Of a stretch of DNA of 64,000 nt, positions 15,937 to 24,454 are shown one piece after another. The first letter of the stretch is position 1; every line of letters begins with the position of its first letter. Source of the DNA: a virus; IMG/VR virus record IMGVR_UViG_3300025122_000006. The stretch is one strand, 5' to 3'. Below the pieces are notes generated by a model. That model did no database searches. It was not told where the DNA came from and saw only the letters and a program-made list of their open reading frames with translations. Position numbers and translations under genes: made by a program.

Positions 15937-17833
15937 TTTCTTCATCCTTCCGCAGTGATTCTATCAATGATTTAATTTCAAAATCAGTACTAAATAGTCT
16001 ATGTTCTTCTAAAATATCAGGGTTTTGTGCTTCCGTCACTCCACGAGAAAGAGAAGCGAGGCCGTCAGCGCCAGTATACCCTGGAAAAGTTTTACGAAAA
16101 GTAAGTGGTTCCGAGAAGGCAGCATTAATCATCTGCTTTCTTCTCCCGCCTTTTCTGTGTATTTTAGTAGAATCTTTTTTATAGGGGCCTCGAGGTTTTC
16201 CTTTCGCCTCTGGTCGCCTGAACACGGTGTCATCACGCTTTGCCGGCGGTTCAGCTAATAAAACTTCTTCTTCTTCCTCGGCTGGTTCTTCTCCGCCTAA
16301 ATCTAATTCTTCTCCGCCTAAATCTAATTCTCCTTCGCCACCAAGACCTAGGTCTCCGCCGGGTCCGCCTCCTGCCTCGGGAAGTTCTCCGGCTTGTTCA
16401 ACTGCAGCCATAAATTTGGCGTCCGAATACATTTCTCTTTGCATTCGAATAAATTCATCCTCAGAAAGTCCTAGAAGATTTTCTGCAACCCAACGTCGCG
16501 AGAAATAACCATCCGTAGCAGCTGCCGCAATGTCAAATTTAGTTTTCCAATGCTCAAGCTCTTGCATCTCCGCAATTTTACTAGGGTTATTGAGAGAAAG
16601 CTTGAAGCCAAGCAAATCATCTCCGCGATAACCCATAGTATAAAGATGGATAATACCAATCTTTTCGAGTTCAGATATAATAACTCTTTGAAGTCGCTGA
16701 ATAGTTCTTGCAAAACGAATATCTTTTTGGGCTAATGTGGTTTTGTCTTCTGTTGCACCTTCCCCCATTGTAAGATAAGATTGGGGTACTTTAAGAGCAG
16801 AAAACAATTTATCTCGAAGATACTTTACATCATCAATTTGGCCTGTGAAAGTTCCTCCGGCAAGGTTGGTGATGTCCGTTGCCGAAGCCCCTCCTCGAAT
16901 TGGGATAAAATAATCTTCTTCAATAGAAAGAGGGTTATAACGTAAATCAACGCGACCAGATGACGGATCAACCACTTGATGCCGCTTCATTTGAGTCATT
17001 ATTTTTTGCATATATTGCTCAACATCTTGCGGCGCAATTCCACCGACATCGATCTTGAAGACACGGCGCTCGGGCGAACGAGTAATCCGATAAGCCATCA
17101 TGGCATCTTCCAAAAGATTAAGTTGCCTCCAAATGCGTCTGGCTGGCTCTAGAGCGCTGGTACCATATGGAGCATGCTTATCATTACCTAAAACTCTAAA
17201 ATGTGCTATTTGCCAATTCTCGAGCGTTAAACCACCATTGTTCCATTGATACTGAATATAATTGGGATTTGATGGGTCTTCTCCTTCTAAGCGTTCAATT
17301 TCTTGAGCAGGAAGACCAATACAGTTTCTAATCCCCAATCCTTCGTCAATGTCTAGATATACAAACAAATCTCCATATTTACACATTGTTCTAGCCCAAC
17401 CAAAAAGATTATGCTCAATGTTCATAACATTATAATAAAGAGAATGTAATATATATTTAATTTCGTCATTGGGGCATTTAATATGCAACATTGGAGTTAA
17501 ACTTGAATGAGTTGTCATTTCATCTGCATAGATATCTAATGAAGATGCAATTTCCGGCGTATACTCCATCTGATCAAAATCAATATATCGCTCTGCACGA
17601 TTTCTATTTGAAATCATATTGAGCGAAGTTACATTCATGGGGTTGTATTCAGACTTTTTGAACTGCTTTCCGCTAGCTGATTTAAACCTTTTAGCGTAGA
17701 TATCTAAATGTCTTCTTCTTAATTGCCGACCCGATTGTGTTCTTCTCTGGGTAAGTGGTCCGGAAAAAAGCCTTGTTAAAGACTTAAACAGGTCAGATTG
17801 GTTATTATTTGGGTTTCTATCATTACGAGCCAT
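15920..17833 (-). CDS. gp20: portal protein, T4 gp20 family
   Basis: ARRIWRQLNLLEDAMMAYRITRSPERRVFKIDVG, EEDYFIPIRGG, DDVKYLRDKLFSALKVP, DIRFARTIQRLQ. Confidence 0.95.
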   Translation of the reverse strand: MARNDRNPNNNQSDLFKSLTRLFSGPLTQRRTQSGRQLRRRHLDIYAKRFKSASGKQFKKSEYNPMNVTSLNMISNRNRAERYIDFDQMEYTPEIASSLDIYADEMTTHSSLTPMLHIKCPNDEIKYILHSLYYNVMNIEHNLFGWARTMCKYGDLFVYLDIDEGLGIRNCIGLPAQEIERLEGEDPSNPNYIQYQWNNGGLTLENWQIAHFRVLGNDKHAPYGTSALEPARRIWRQLNLLEDAMMAYRITRSPERRVFKIDVGGIAPQDVEQYMQKIMTQMKRHQVVDPSSGRVDLRYNPLSIEEDYFIPIRGGASATDITNLAGGTFTGQIDDVKYLRDKLFSALKVPQSYLTMGEGATEDKTTLAQKDIRFARTIQRLQRVIISELEKIGIIHLYTMGYRGDDLLGFKLSLNNPSKIAEMQELEHWKTKFDIAAAATDGYFSRRWVAENLLGLSEDEFIRMQREMYSDAKFMAAVEQAGELPEAGGGPGGDLGLGGEGELDLGGEELDLGGEEPAEEEEEVLLAEPPAKRDDTVFRRPEAKGKPRGPYKKDSTKIHRKGGRRKQMINAAFSEPLTFRKTFPGYTGADGLASLSRGVTEAQNPDILEEHRLFSTDFEIKSLIESLRKDEENEINE

Positions 17834-17836
17834 TTT

Positions 17837-19420
17837 TTATCCTTTATAAATCCAAAAAAATTCTTTTGTTTTGTTTATTTCTTCTTCATGTTTTTCATGA
17901 AAAGTTTGTTTATAACCTTCTTGTCCTTTTATTTGTGTATTCATAGTTGTGGTTGTCTTCATTAAGCCATTAAGCATTGCTTTTTTGTATTCCATATCTC
18001 TTTGGTTCTCTGATAATGCAGTATCTCTTACCCAGCAGGCAATTGCTAAAGATATAACTAGATCATCATTATAAGAACGCATTGCTTGAGGCTTCCCATT
18101 GTACCATATAAAAGTTTTCATTTCATGAAACAAACGATTAGAATGTACAGTAATTAGTTTATTTCTAATGTACTCCTCTAGTTTTGCTACAATTAAAGGC
18201 CTTGTTTTAGTGGAAGTTGTAAACCCTGGTACAGATCTATCATTATCCTCTGCCAAATAAGCCTCAACATATTCGTGGGTTGACTTAATTGAATAATATA
18301 ATTTTGGATATTCCAAAGTAATTAATTTTTCTAATATAGAAATGCCAATCCCATTATTTTCGACAACCAACAAACAGTTGCCGTATTCTCTGCCTGCATC
18401 ATAAAGAATATTTGAATAAAGATCAAGGTTTGGTTTTCCTTGATATTCAGCAACAACTGCCATTGTGTCTAGTCTTATTACATGAAAAACAGAATAATCT
18501 GTACCATCGCCACGAGCAACATCGGCTACCAAAAGATATGGAAGACCTTCTTGATATTTTTCCCATATCCATAAATTTCTGTCATATCCAGTTTTATAGT
18601 GGGGGTCTTTAACATTTTCAAATAACCACTGCATATCGTCCGGGTGGATAACAGTTTCGCCTGAAGTATTGAAATTACATTCTAATTCCTGGGCGATCTG
18701 TCTTCGAGACATATTTTTGGTTTCTTTTGCAAACCAATCCTGATCTCTTTCAGGATGCATATCCCAAGGTAAAACAATTGGATGAAAATCGTTCTCTTCT
18801 GACTCTGCATCAATGTAAGTCTTGTGGAACCAATTACCTACCCCTTTAGGGGTCGATAAGGCTATGCAGCGGCCTCCTGTTGACAAAGTAGGGTAAAGAC
18901 CCGTCCACAACTCTTCAAGGCCTTCTACGTGTGCTGCCTCGTCTATAACGAGCAGTGATAAGGCTTCCGATCTACCGGCATCTCCAGAAGTCGTTCCTGC
19001 TTTGATCTGTGACCCGTTTGATAATTCGAATGAAGTTTTATTATCCGTTACGATCTTTGAAATTTTAATCCATTCGGGTAAATGCTTCATAATTGATTTT
19101 ACTTTTCTCACCAAGTTAGCTGCTGTTCCAAACTTAGTGGCAATTACAAGAATGTTCTTGTCTCTATGAAAAAGCATAAACCAGACAATGTATCCCGCTG
19201 AGATTGTGGAGATACCCAATTGTCTGGCTTTAAGTATAATATTGAAACGATAATCATTAAAGTCTTTTAAAAGATCTTTTTGATAATTGTAGGTTTTAAA
19301 CGGAATCAAGCCCCGCAGAGGATGTGAAATTCTACAATAGTTATCGATAAAGAATTGTGGATCCTTACCGCATTTCACAATCTCTTTTACAATTTCTTGT
19401 TTGGAGAGTTTAAAGGCCAT
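17837..19420 (-). CDS. gp17: terminase large subunit, T4 gp17 family
   Basis: Walker A LKARQLGIST, Walker B LLVIDEAA, STPKG, QELECNF, nuclease VADVARGDGTDYS, VENNGIG, DDLVISLAIA. Confidence 0.96.
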   Translation of the reverse strand: MAFKLSKQEIVKEIVKCGKDPQFFIDNYCRISHPLRGLIPFKTYNYQKDLLKDFNDYRFNIILKARQLGISTISAGYIVWFMLFHRDKNILVIATKFGTAANLVRKVKSIMKHLPEWIKISKIVTDNKTSFELSNGSQIKAGTTSGDAGRSEALSLLVIDEAAHVEGLEELWTGLYPTLSTGGRCIALSTPKGVGNWFHKTYIDAESEENDFHPIVLPWDMHPERDQDWFAKETKNMSRRQIAQELECNFNTSGETVIHPDDMQWLFENVKDPHYKTGYDRNLWIWEKYQEGLPYLLVADVARGDGTDYSVFHVIRLDTMAVVAEYQGKPNLDLYSNILYDAGREYGNCLLVVENNGIGISILEKLITLEYPKLYYSIKSTHEYVEAYLAEDNDRSVPGFTTSTKTRPLIVAKLEEYIRNKLITVHSNRLFHEMKTFIWYNGKPQAMRSYNDDLVISLAIACWVRDTALSENQRDMEYKKAMLNGLMKTTTTMNTQIKGQEGYKQTFHEKHEEEINKTKEFFWIYKG

Positions 19421-19429
19421 TGGATTCTT

Positions 19430-19525
19430 TTATTTTTTCTTTTTAGGGGTGGGCTTTGTTCCCTTCATAACATTTTCCAATTCTTCTTTTACTATTCTTT
19501 TGAGCTGTTCTTTTGTAAGTTTCAT
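19430..19525 (-). CDS. 31-aa leader-only peptide MKLTKEQLKRIVKEELENVMKGTKPTPKKKK (not in ORF track)
   Basis: ATGA overlap with the upstream stop, AGGAG SD upstream, exact match to the shared leader; fills the gap before terminase. Confidence 0.7.
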   Translation of the reverse strand: MKLTKEQLKRIVKEELENVMKGTKPTPKKKK

Positions 19526-20076
19526 TTGTCATTCGCTCCTTTTTTATAAGTAACGTTTTTGGGACGCTTTGTGGAATGTTGTGCTAAGAATTTTCTTGTA
19601 ACATCTCGGGTCGCATCAACGGATGGCTCTAGATGTGGTTCGGAATCAACTTTAGAAATTTTATAATGTTGGTGGGCTTGTACAAAAGTTCGAACGTGAG
19701 AAGTAGACTGAACCAGGCACTCTACGTCACCTTTTTTTGTAAGAGTGATAGAATTTCCGGTAATTGCCTTATACTCTTTTTGAAGAAACTTTTTAACTTG
19801 ATTAATCATGCGTTCTTGTTCTTGTTCGAATTTTGGATCTTTTACATTTTTAAGAAGCACATCGCTCTGGTATGTAATACGAAGCGAATCCCCATAGAAT
19901 TTTACAGAAAAACCATCATTAACTCGTTTGTCTGTAATCAGGTTGCCCTCTTCTCTATTCAGCCCCACTTTACGTGAAGTTCCATCATATGAATATCTTT
20001 CGTCATGTGATCCATCATAGCCATTTGCGGCTGCTTGAGCTAGCCCTCGAATAATTTCTAGTGTATTTGAGCTCAT
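19522..20076 (-). CDS. hypothetical protein
   Basis: 184-aa ORF packed in the operon. Confidence 0.7.
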   Translation of the reverse strand: MSSNTLEIIRGLAQAAANGYDGSHDERYSYDGTSRKVGLNREEGNLITDKRVNDGFSVKFYGDSLRITYQSDVLLKNVKDPKFEQEQERMINQVKKFLQKEYKAITGNSITLTKKGDVECLVQSTSHVRTFVQAHQHYKISKVDSEPHLEPSVDATRDVTRKFLAQHSTKRPKNVTYKKGANDK

Positions 20077-20088
20077 ATTATAATTTCC

Positions 20089-20709
20089 TTATCTTCTGTC
20101 TCTGGCCAGGCTTTTCTGTATCCTAGCGCTGTGTCCTGGGGTGGCTTTCCCGGGGGCATCGTGCTCTGGCTTCCACCCTGATGCTCTCAAGGCCTTTGTA
20201 TGTGCCTGTTGCTGTTTTTTCAGTTTTGCCGCTGCTTTCTTTTTCTCTTTCGCCTCACCGGCATCCACTATGCCTCCCACGGCTACATCCAATAGAAAAG
20301 CGACTGCAACAGGAGCAAGAAATCCAATAGCGGCCGTTCCTAAAGTTGCAAGCGATGTGCCCATAACTACTGCTGTTTTTGCTAACAATACTTTACCAGC
20401 GGCTGAGGCTAAAAACGCCGTCATCGATGGATATCCAGCGACTAGAATAGAAGAGACGGCTAACGGTACATTGAGTGCGTCCACATCTTCCTCATTTTTT
20501 TGTACTTGAATATCGGTTTGTGCCACTATTTTTTTCACCTTGGGATCTCTTGAAAGAGCTAAAAAGATTTTATCCAAATTTGGATTATCTTTCATTTCCA
20601 CTGCTGCTTTCATAATTTTATCTTCTTGCCCGGTGGTGGTAGCCTCTTGCACTACGCTTTCGAGTTCTTCTTTAATAAGACATTTAAGCTGTTCTTTTGT
20701 TAATTTCAT
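20089..20709 (-). CDS. leader-bearing protein with long hydrophobic (membrane) region; start re-called at 20709 (MKLTKEQLKCLIKEEL)
   Basis: ATGA overlap with the upstream stop; shared leader; ~65-aa A/G/V/L-rich stretch. Confidence 0.7.
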   Translation of the reverse strand: MKLTKEQLKCLIKEELESVVQEATTTGQEDKIMKAAVEMKDNPNLDKIFLALSRDPKVKKIVAQTDIQVQKNEEDVDALNVPLAVSSILVAGYPSMTAFLASAAGKVLLAKTAVVMGTSLATLGTAAIGFLAPVAVAFLLDVAVGGIVDAGEAKEKKKAAAKLKKQQQAHTKALRASGWKPEHDAPGKATPGHSARIQKSLARDRR

Positions 20710-21083
20710 TTGTCTGGTCTCCATCCTGTTTTCCATCTATCCTCTCGACCATCGACCCATTGAATATAGCACTTAAAGCAACAATCGAACTTTGTCATAT
20801 AGACATCATCTTTAGATTTAAATGAATACATATTACAAACAGGACAAGAACGCGTGGATTCTTCTTTAAGTAGTTTTGAAGGGATAAAAACGCCATAGAT
20901 CTCTTCTTTGTCTAAATCTTCTGTATCGGCATCGGCGCAATAAGAGTTTTTAAGTTGTTCAAGATACTCTTTCTCTTTCTCGTCATTCCATTTAGACTTT
21001 GGATTTACCACGGTCTCTTCTCCATATTTTTTTGCAATCGCTTGTTCTACTTTAACAGCGTAGTTGGGGTCTTTACTTTTCAT
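20706..21083 (-). CDS. Zn-finger-like hypothetical protein; start re-called at 21083 (MKSKDPNY)
   Basis: CPVC...CCFKC; the longer call overlaps the next gene by 145 nt. Confidence 0.65.
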   Translation of the reverse strand: MKSKDPNYAVKVEQAIAKKYGEETVVNPKSKWNDEKEKEYLEQLKNSYCADADTEDLDKEEIYGVFIPSKLLKEESTRSCPVCNMYSFKSKDDVYMTKFDCCFKCYIQWVDGREDRWKTGWRPDK

Positions 21084-21507
21084 CCATTGACTCTTTATTT
21101 TTTGTCTGCCATTCATGAGAGATCGTATCTTCAGGAATAGGCCCACCAGCAGCCCAAGTGTAACAAACTCTGACGCTGTGGCATTTAAAATTATGCATCC
21201 AGCAATATCCCAATTCACCTTCTTTATCAGATGTTTTTCCGGGTATACACTCTTTCATTCGTGGCGACAGGTCAAAAGCAGCGCAATTACCACATCGAGA
21301 TTGTTTGGCTACCTCCGGTTCGGTTTTCCAAAACTTTGCCAATCTATTCCAATATTTTTTATCAGCAAGATTTAGAGGACCATATTGTATATAGTCAGCT
21401 TTAATAGCAGCATTTCTATTCCTAGTATTTAATTCAAGATTCTGCGTTGCCGGGGGGCATATCACATCCAAAACTTTTTTTATTGTTTTTTTAATTCTTA
21501 TTTTCAT
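21073..21507 (-). CDS. Cys-rich metal-binding hypothetical protein
   Basis: RCGNCAAF...C...GYCWMHNFKC...VCYTW. Confidence 0.65.
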   Translation of the reverse strand: MKIRIKKTIKKVLDVICPPATQNLELNTRNRNAAIKADYIQYGPLNLADKKYWNRLAKFWKTEPEVAKQSRCGNCAAFDLSPRMKECIPGKTSDKEGELGYCWMHNFKCHSVRVCYTWAAGGPIPEDTISHEWQTKNKESMDEK

Positions 21508-21901
21508 TGATTTCTCTCACAGAATAATAAGTTCCCAGCGAAGTTCCTGACGCTAGCAAAAAGCCGCCGAAGAAAGCCCACATGGTTTTGTTTGGTTTAA
21601 GTTGTGTTCTCAGAGCCTCAATTTCGGTATCTCGAAGTTCCAATAGAGTTGCGTTCTTTGCTTGTTCTGTTTCCAACTCTGCTTTTAAATAGTCTATTTC
21701 AAGTTGCATTTCCGCTTTTACAATAGAAACTTTCAACTCGGTTTTGATCTCGCATTGCTCAAGGGTCAATTCATTCCCAGCAATAATGTTGGCCACCGCC
21801 TCATCGTTCATTAGACGGCCGCCAAAGGGCGCTACGTCCCCTTCTCGAAGGTGGATGAGCATCGGGTCGGCTAACGCTGTAGAAAGCAAGAATAGTAGCA
21901 T
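21491..21901 (-). CDS. exported coiled-coil protein with C-terminal TM segment, possible spanin-like lysis component
   Basis: Short signal-like N-terminus (..ALA|D), coiled coil, WAFFGGFLLASG. Confidence 0.5.
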   Translation of the reverse strand: MLLFLLSTALADPMLIHLREGDVAPFGGRLMNDEAVANIIAGNELTLEQCEIKTELKVSIVKAEMQLEIDYLKAELETEQAKNATLLELRDTEIEALRTQLKPNKTMWAFFGGFLLASGTSLGTYYSVREINENKN

Positions 21902-21910
21902 TACAGTCTC

Positions 21911-22372
21911 CTAAAGCCCACCGTCTGAATCATCAGAAGGCGCTTGTCGTATTGGAATCAAAATAATCATTTTACGATCATAAGACATATACCAGAAATC
22001 ATCAGTCTGGAAGCCTCTGCCTTCTTTCCACCGTCTCTCTTTCAGAAAACCTACAATCTCATCTGCAACATCCAGAGGATAGTCAAGCTGTATCCATTCA
22101 CCCATTTGAGAAAATCTTAAAGGTTGTGGCATCTTTGTCGCTTGCATAAACAAATCCAAACCAAGTCGATTGAGTTTTTCGTTGCCTGGGGTTTTCAATA
22201 GAGCCTCGGCCATTTCAGGTGTTGGTTTTTCTTCCATCATGTCCAAGAGTTCAATCGCTTGATTAATATAGTTTTCGTCTCCTGATTGAAACATCGCAAG
22301 TAAATTATCCCTTTCTTCCTGCTCGAGAGCCTCGGTAATAAGTTTGGAGAGCTTTTGTTTTGTGAGTTTCAT
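21911..22372 (-). CDS. leader-bearing hypothetical protein (MKLTKQKLSKLITEAL)
   Basis: TAATG overlap; shared leader. Confidence 0.7.
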   Translation of the reverse strand: MKLTKQKLSKLITEALEQEERDNLLAMFQSGDENYINQAIELLDMMEEKPTPEMAEALLKTPGNEKLNRLGLDLFMQATKMPQPLRFSQMGEWIQLDYPLDVADEIVGFLKERRWKEGRGFQTDDFWYMSYDRKMIILIPIRQAPSDDSDGGL

Positions 22373-23034
22373 TACGCGCCCTTTAAAATAGGCGATCCTG
22401 GAGGTAGAACGAAATAGATACCTGCAGCGGCAAATGCACCTCTATCAAATGGTACTTGAACACCGTCGACGTCCATGCCGCCCGGGTACAAAGTAACAAG
22501 ACTCAAAACAGTTCTACCGTCTTCAAGAGAACCAATATTGGAAGTTACTAATGTGACTTCATCTGTTTCTTTCCTTTCACCGGGGGCAACTTTTACAACC
22601 TCTCCTCGGCCTCCGGGCATTTTATAATCTTGCAAACCAGCAACTTCTTGTGGAGTCCCAGCAGCCAGCCCCATTTTGCCAACTGGACCGGAAGGAGAAC
22701 TGATGCCTTCCCACTTAACCATGCCTCCGCCTGTTGAAGTTGGTTGTGTATTCATTATGGCTAAAATCAATTCTTTAACATTAACATTTGGATAAATTAA
22801 AGATCCGGGAGCGTTAGCGTCTTGATGACGATCTTTAATATGGCTCATTCCTTCTTCACTAGCATACAGAAGGACTTTGTCGCTAATTGGTATTAAGTCT
22901 CCTTCATTAACTTGTGTGCCTTTAAGCCACTGATTTCCATCAACCATGGCTTGAACTTGTCCTAAAGCACCTTGTTCATTTTCATACATTGCTTCTTTGA
23001 TTAATTTATATAGTTTTTGTTTTGTAAGCCTCAT
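22372..23034 (-). CDS. leader-bearing protein with putative RNase toxin-like domain
   Basis: MRLTKQKLYKLIKEAM leader; GMSHIKDRH...GS... and LVTLYP motifs resemble polymorphic-toxin RNase domains. Confidence 0.55.
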   Translation of the reverse strand: MRLTKQKLYKLIKEAMYENEQGALGQVQAMVDGNQWLKGTQVNEGDLIPISDKVLLYASEEGMSHIKDRHQDANAPGSLIYPNVNVKELILAIMNTQPTSTGGGMVKWEGISSPSGPVGKMGLAAGTPQEVAGLQDYKMPGGRGEVVKVAPGERKETDEVTLVTSNIGSLEDGRTVLSLVTLYPGGMDVDGVQVPFDRGAFAAAGIYFVLPPGSPILKGA

Positions 23035-23445
23035 TTATTTGTCTCCTGGGGTCATTATTATAATACCGAACTCCTCGGCAAGGATGCGATCAATCTTTTC
23101 GGGGTCTTCTTTATTGGCCTCAACTAACAGACGAACGCGTTCTGCTTTTAATAGTTCCGCATGATTCATGGATTCGTTAGCCGTTTTATTAGCAATTTCC
23201 AAAGCGCGAATGTACTTGCTATTGGCTGCTTTTTGCAGCTTGCCTTTCTTGTTTGCTGCGGCTTCAACGGCTTCAATTTCTTTCTGGTATAGCTCGTTTG
23301 CCATTTGTAATTGGGTCTTATAGGCTTTGACTTTGCCTCGCCCAACTACATAGGAAATAATAAGAAGTGCTGCCACCACCAGCATTCGCCAGTGATGGAA
23401 GCACCATAACTTTATCTTTTTCCACGCGAGTTTCATTATCCCCAC
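23035..23445 (-). CDS. membrane-anchored coiled-coil protein, i-spanin (Rz)-like
   Basis: N-terminal TM segment WRMLVVAALLIISYVVG followed by an Ala/Lys/Glu coiled coil. Confidence 0.5.
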   Translation of the reverse strand: MGIMKLAWKKIKLWCFHHWRMLVVAALLIISYVVGRGKVKAYKTQLQMANELYQKEIEAVEAAANKKGKLQKAANSKYIRALEIANKTANESMNHAELLKAERVRLLVEANKEDPEKIDRILAEEFGIIIMTPGDK

Positions 23446-23957
23446 TCTTCAATTACATAATCTACAAGAGGGCCGAGTACCTTTTCTTCTACGTCAAAGT
23501 ATTCCTCCAGAATATCAATTATATCTGATCGCTCTGTTCCCGCAGCTCGTTCATGCTTTATCATTTCGATCTCGTCGTCATAATAAAATTTATCATCATC
23601 AGTCAATTCATACAAATTCTCCGGACTGTCCGGCGCATCTATCCTCGCATCTTCAATTTGACTGATTAAACTATTCAGGGGATGCACATATTGATCAAAC
23701 CAATCGGGTGTATACACCCCCGCGGGGCCTTGTTTATATTCTCTTTGGAGTTCATCGCGCTCTTGCTTAACAATCTCTAAAGCAGCGGACAATTGTTCAT
23801 GTCCCCAGTAGGCCCACATATCTGAACTAACTGCTCTCAATTCTTGTTGAATTTGAAAAGCAGATAGTCCTCCTAGAGGAGTCAGGGCTTCTAAAAGAGT
23901 TGCTTTCTCTATCTCTTCTTGAATAACTTGTTTAAGCTGCTGCTTAGTAAGTTTCAC
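23436..23957 (-). CDS. leader-bearing acidic protein (MKLTKQQLKQVIQEEI)
   Basis: GTG start with GGAGG SD; shared leader. Confidence 0.7.
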   Translation of the reverse strand: MKLTKQQLKQVIQEEIEKATLLEALTPLGGLSAFQIQQELRAVSSDMWAYWGHEQLSAALEIVKQERDELQREYKQGPAGVYTPDWFDQYVHPLNSLISQIEDARIDAPDSPENLYELTDDDKFYYDDEIEMIKHERAAGTERSDIIDILEEYFDVEEKVLGPLVDYVIEEWG

Positions 23958-23960
23958 AAT

Positions 23961-24203
23961 TTACCCTCCGTGCTTCCAAGATTTCGCAAAATCAATAACA
24001 GATTGACCGCCGATGTAACACACTGCAATCATTCCCCAGATGTCCGGATCGAGACTTGCCCAGAGCATAAGACCTGTCGCTGTGAGAAACACAAGTAACT
24101 TACGACTTACAACTTTTTCTTGCAAGGAATCGAGCATCCCTTTGTCTTTATTCTTGAGATACAATTCATTTTGTATCATTACTTTACTTTCTTCTTTATC
24201 CAT
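23961..24203 (-). CDS. putative holin; start re-called at 24203 (MDKEE)
   Basis: AGGAG SD, TAATG overlap, SRKLLV followed by two hydrophobic helices. Confidence 0.5.
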   Translation of the reverse strand: MDKEESKVMIQNELYLKNKDKGMLDSLQEKVVSRKLLVFLTATGLMLWASLDPDIWGMIAVCYIGGQSVIDFAKSWKHGG

Positions 24204-24454
24204 TACAATTCTCCTTCTAGTTTTCGGATTAGCCAAAAATACTTTTTCCTTTCTCTCGGCGTAAGATCCTTACCCGACACTACCTTTTGATGAAGTTTTT
24301 CTTTTTCTTCGAGCGCTGTCTCGTGCGCAGTTTTTCTCGGCGTGGGCTCGGTATGACCACCGACAGATCCAGCAACGGGCCCCATTGATAGCTCTTCAAG
24401 AGATTCAAGTTCTTCCTTAATGATTTGCTTCAGTTGTTCTTTTGTTAATTTCAT
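24203..24454 (-). CDS. leader-bearing small protein (MKLTKEQLKQIIKEEL)
   Basis: TAATG overlap with the Mre11-Rad50 stop; consensus leader. Confidence 0.7.
   Translation of the reverse strand: MKLTKEQLKQIIKEELESLEELSMGPVAGSVGGHTEPTPRKTAHETALEEKEKLHQKVVSGKDLTPRERKKYFWLIRKLEGEL

Noticed and set aside
17837-19420. Intein or intron in terminase, and its N-terminus (KLSKQEIVKE) as another leader copy
   Set aside because: Length and motif spacing are normal, and the N-terminal resemblance is partial and fits the usual gp17 start.
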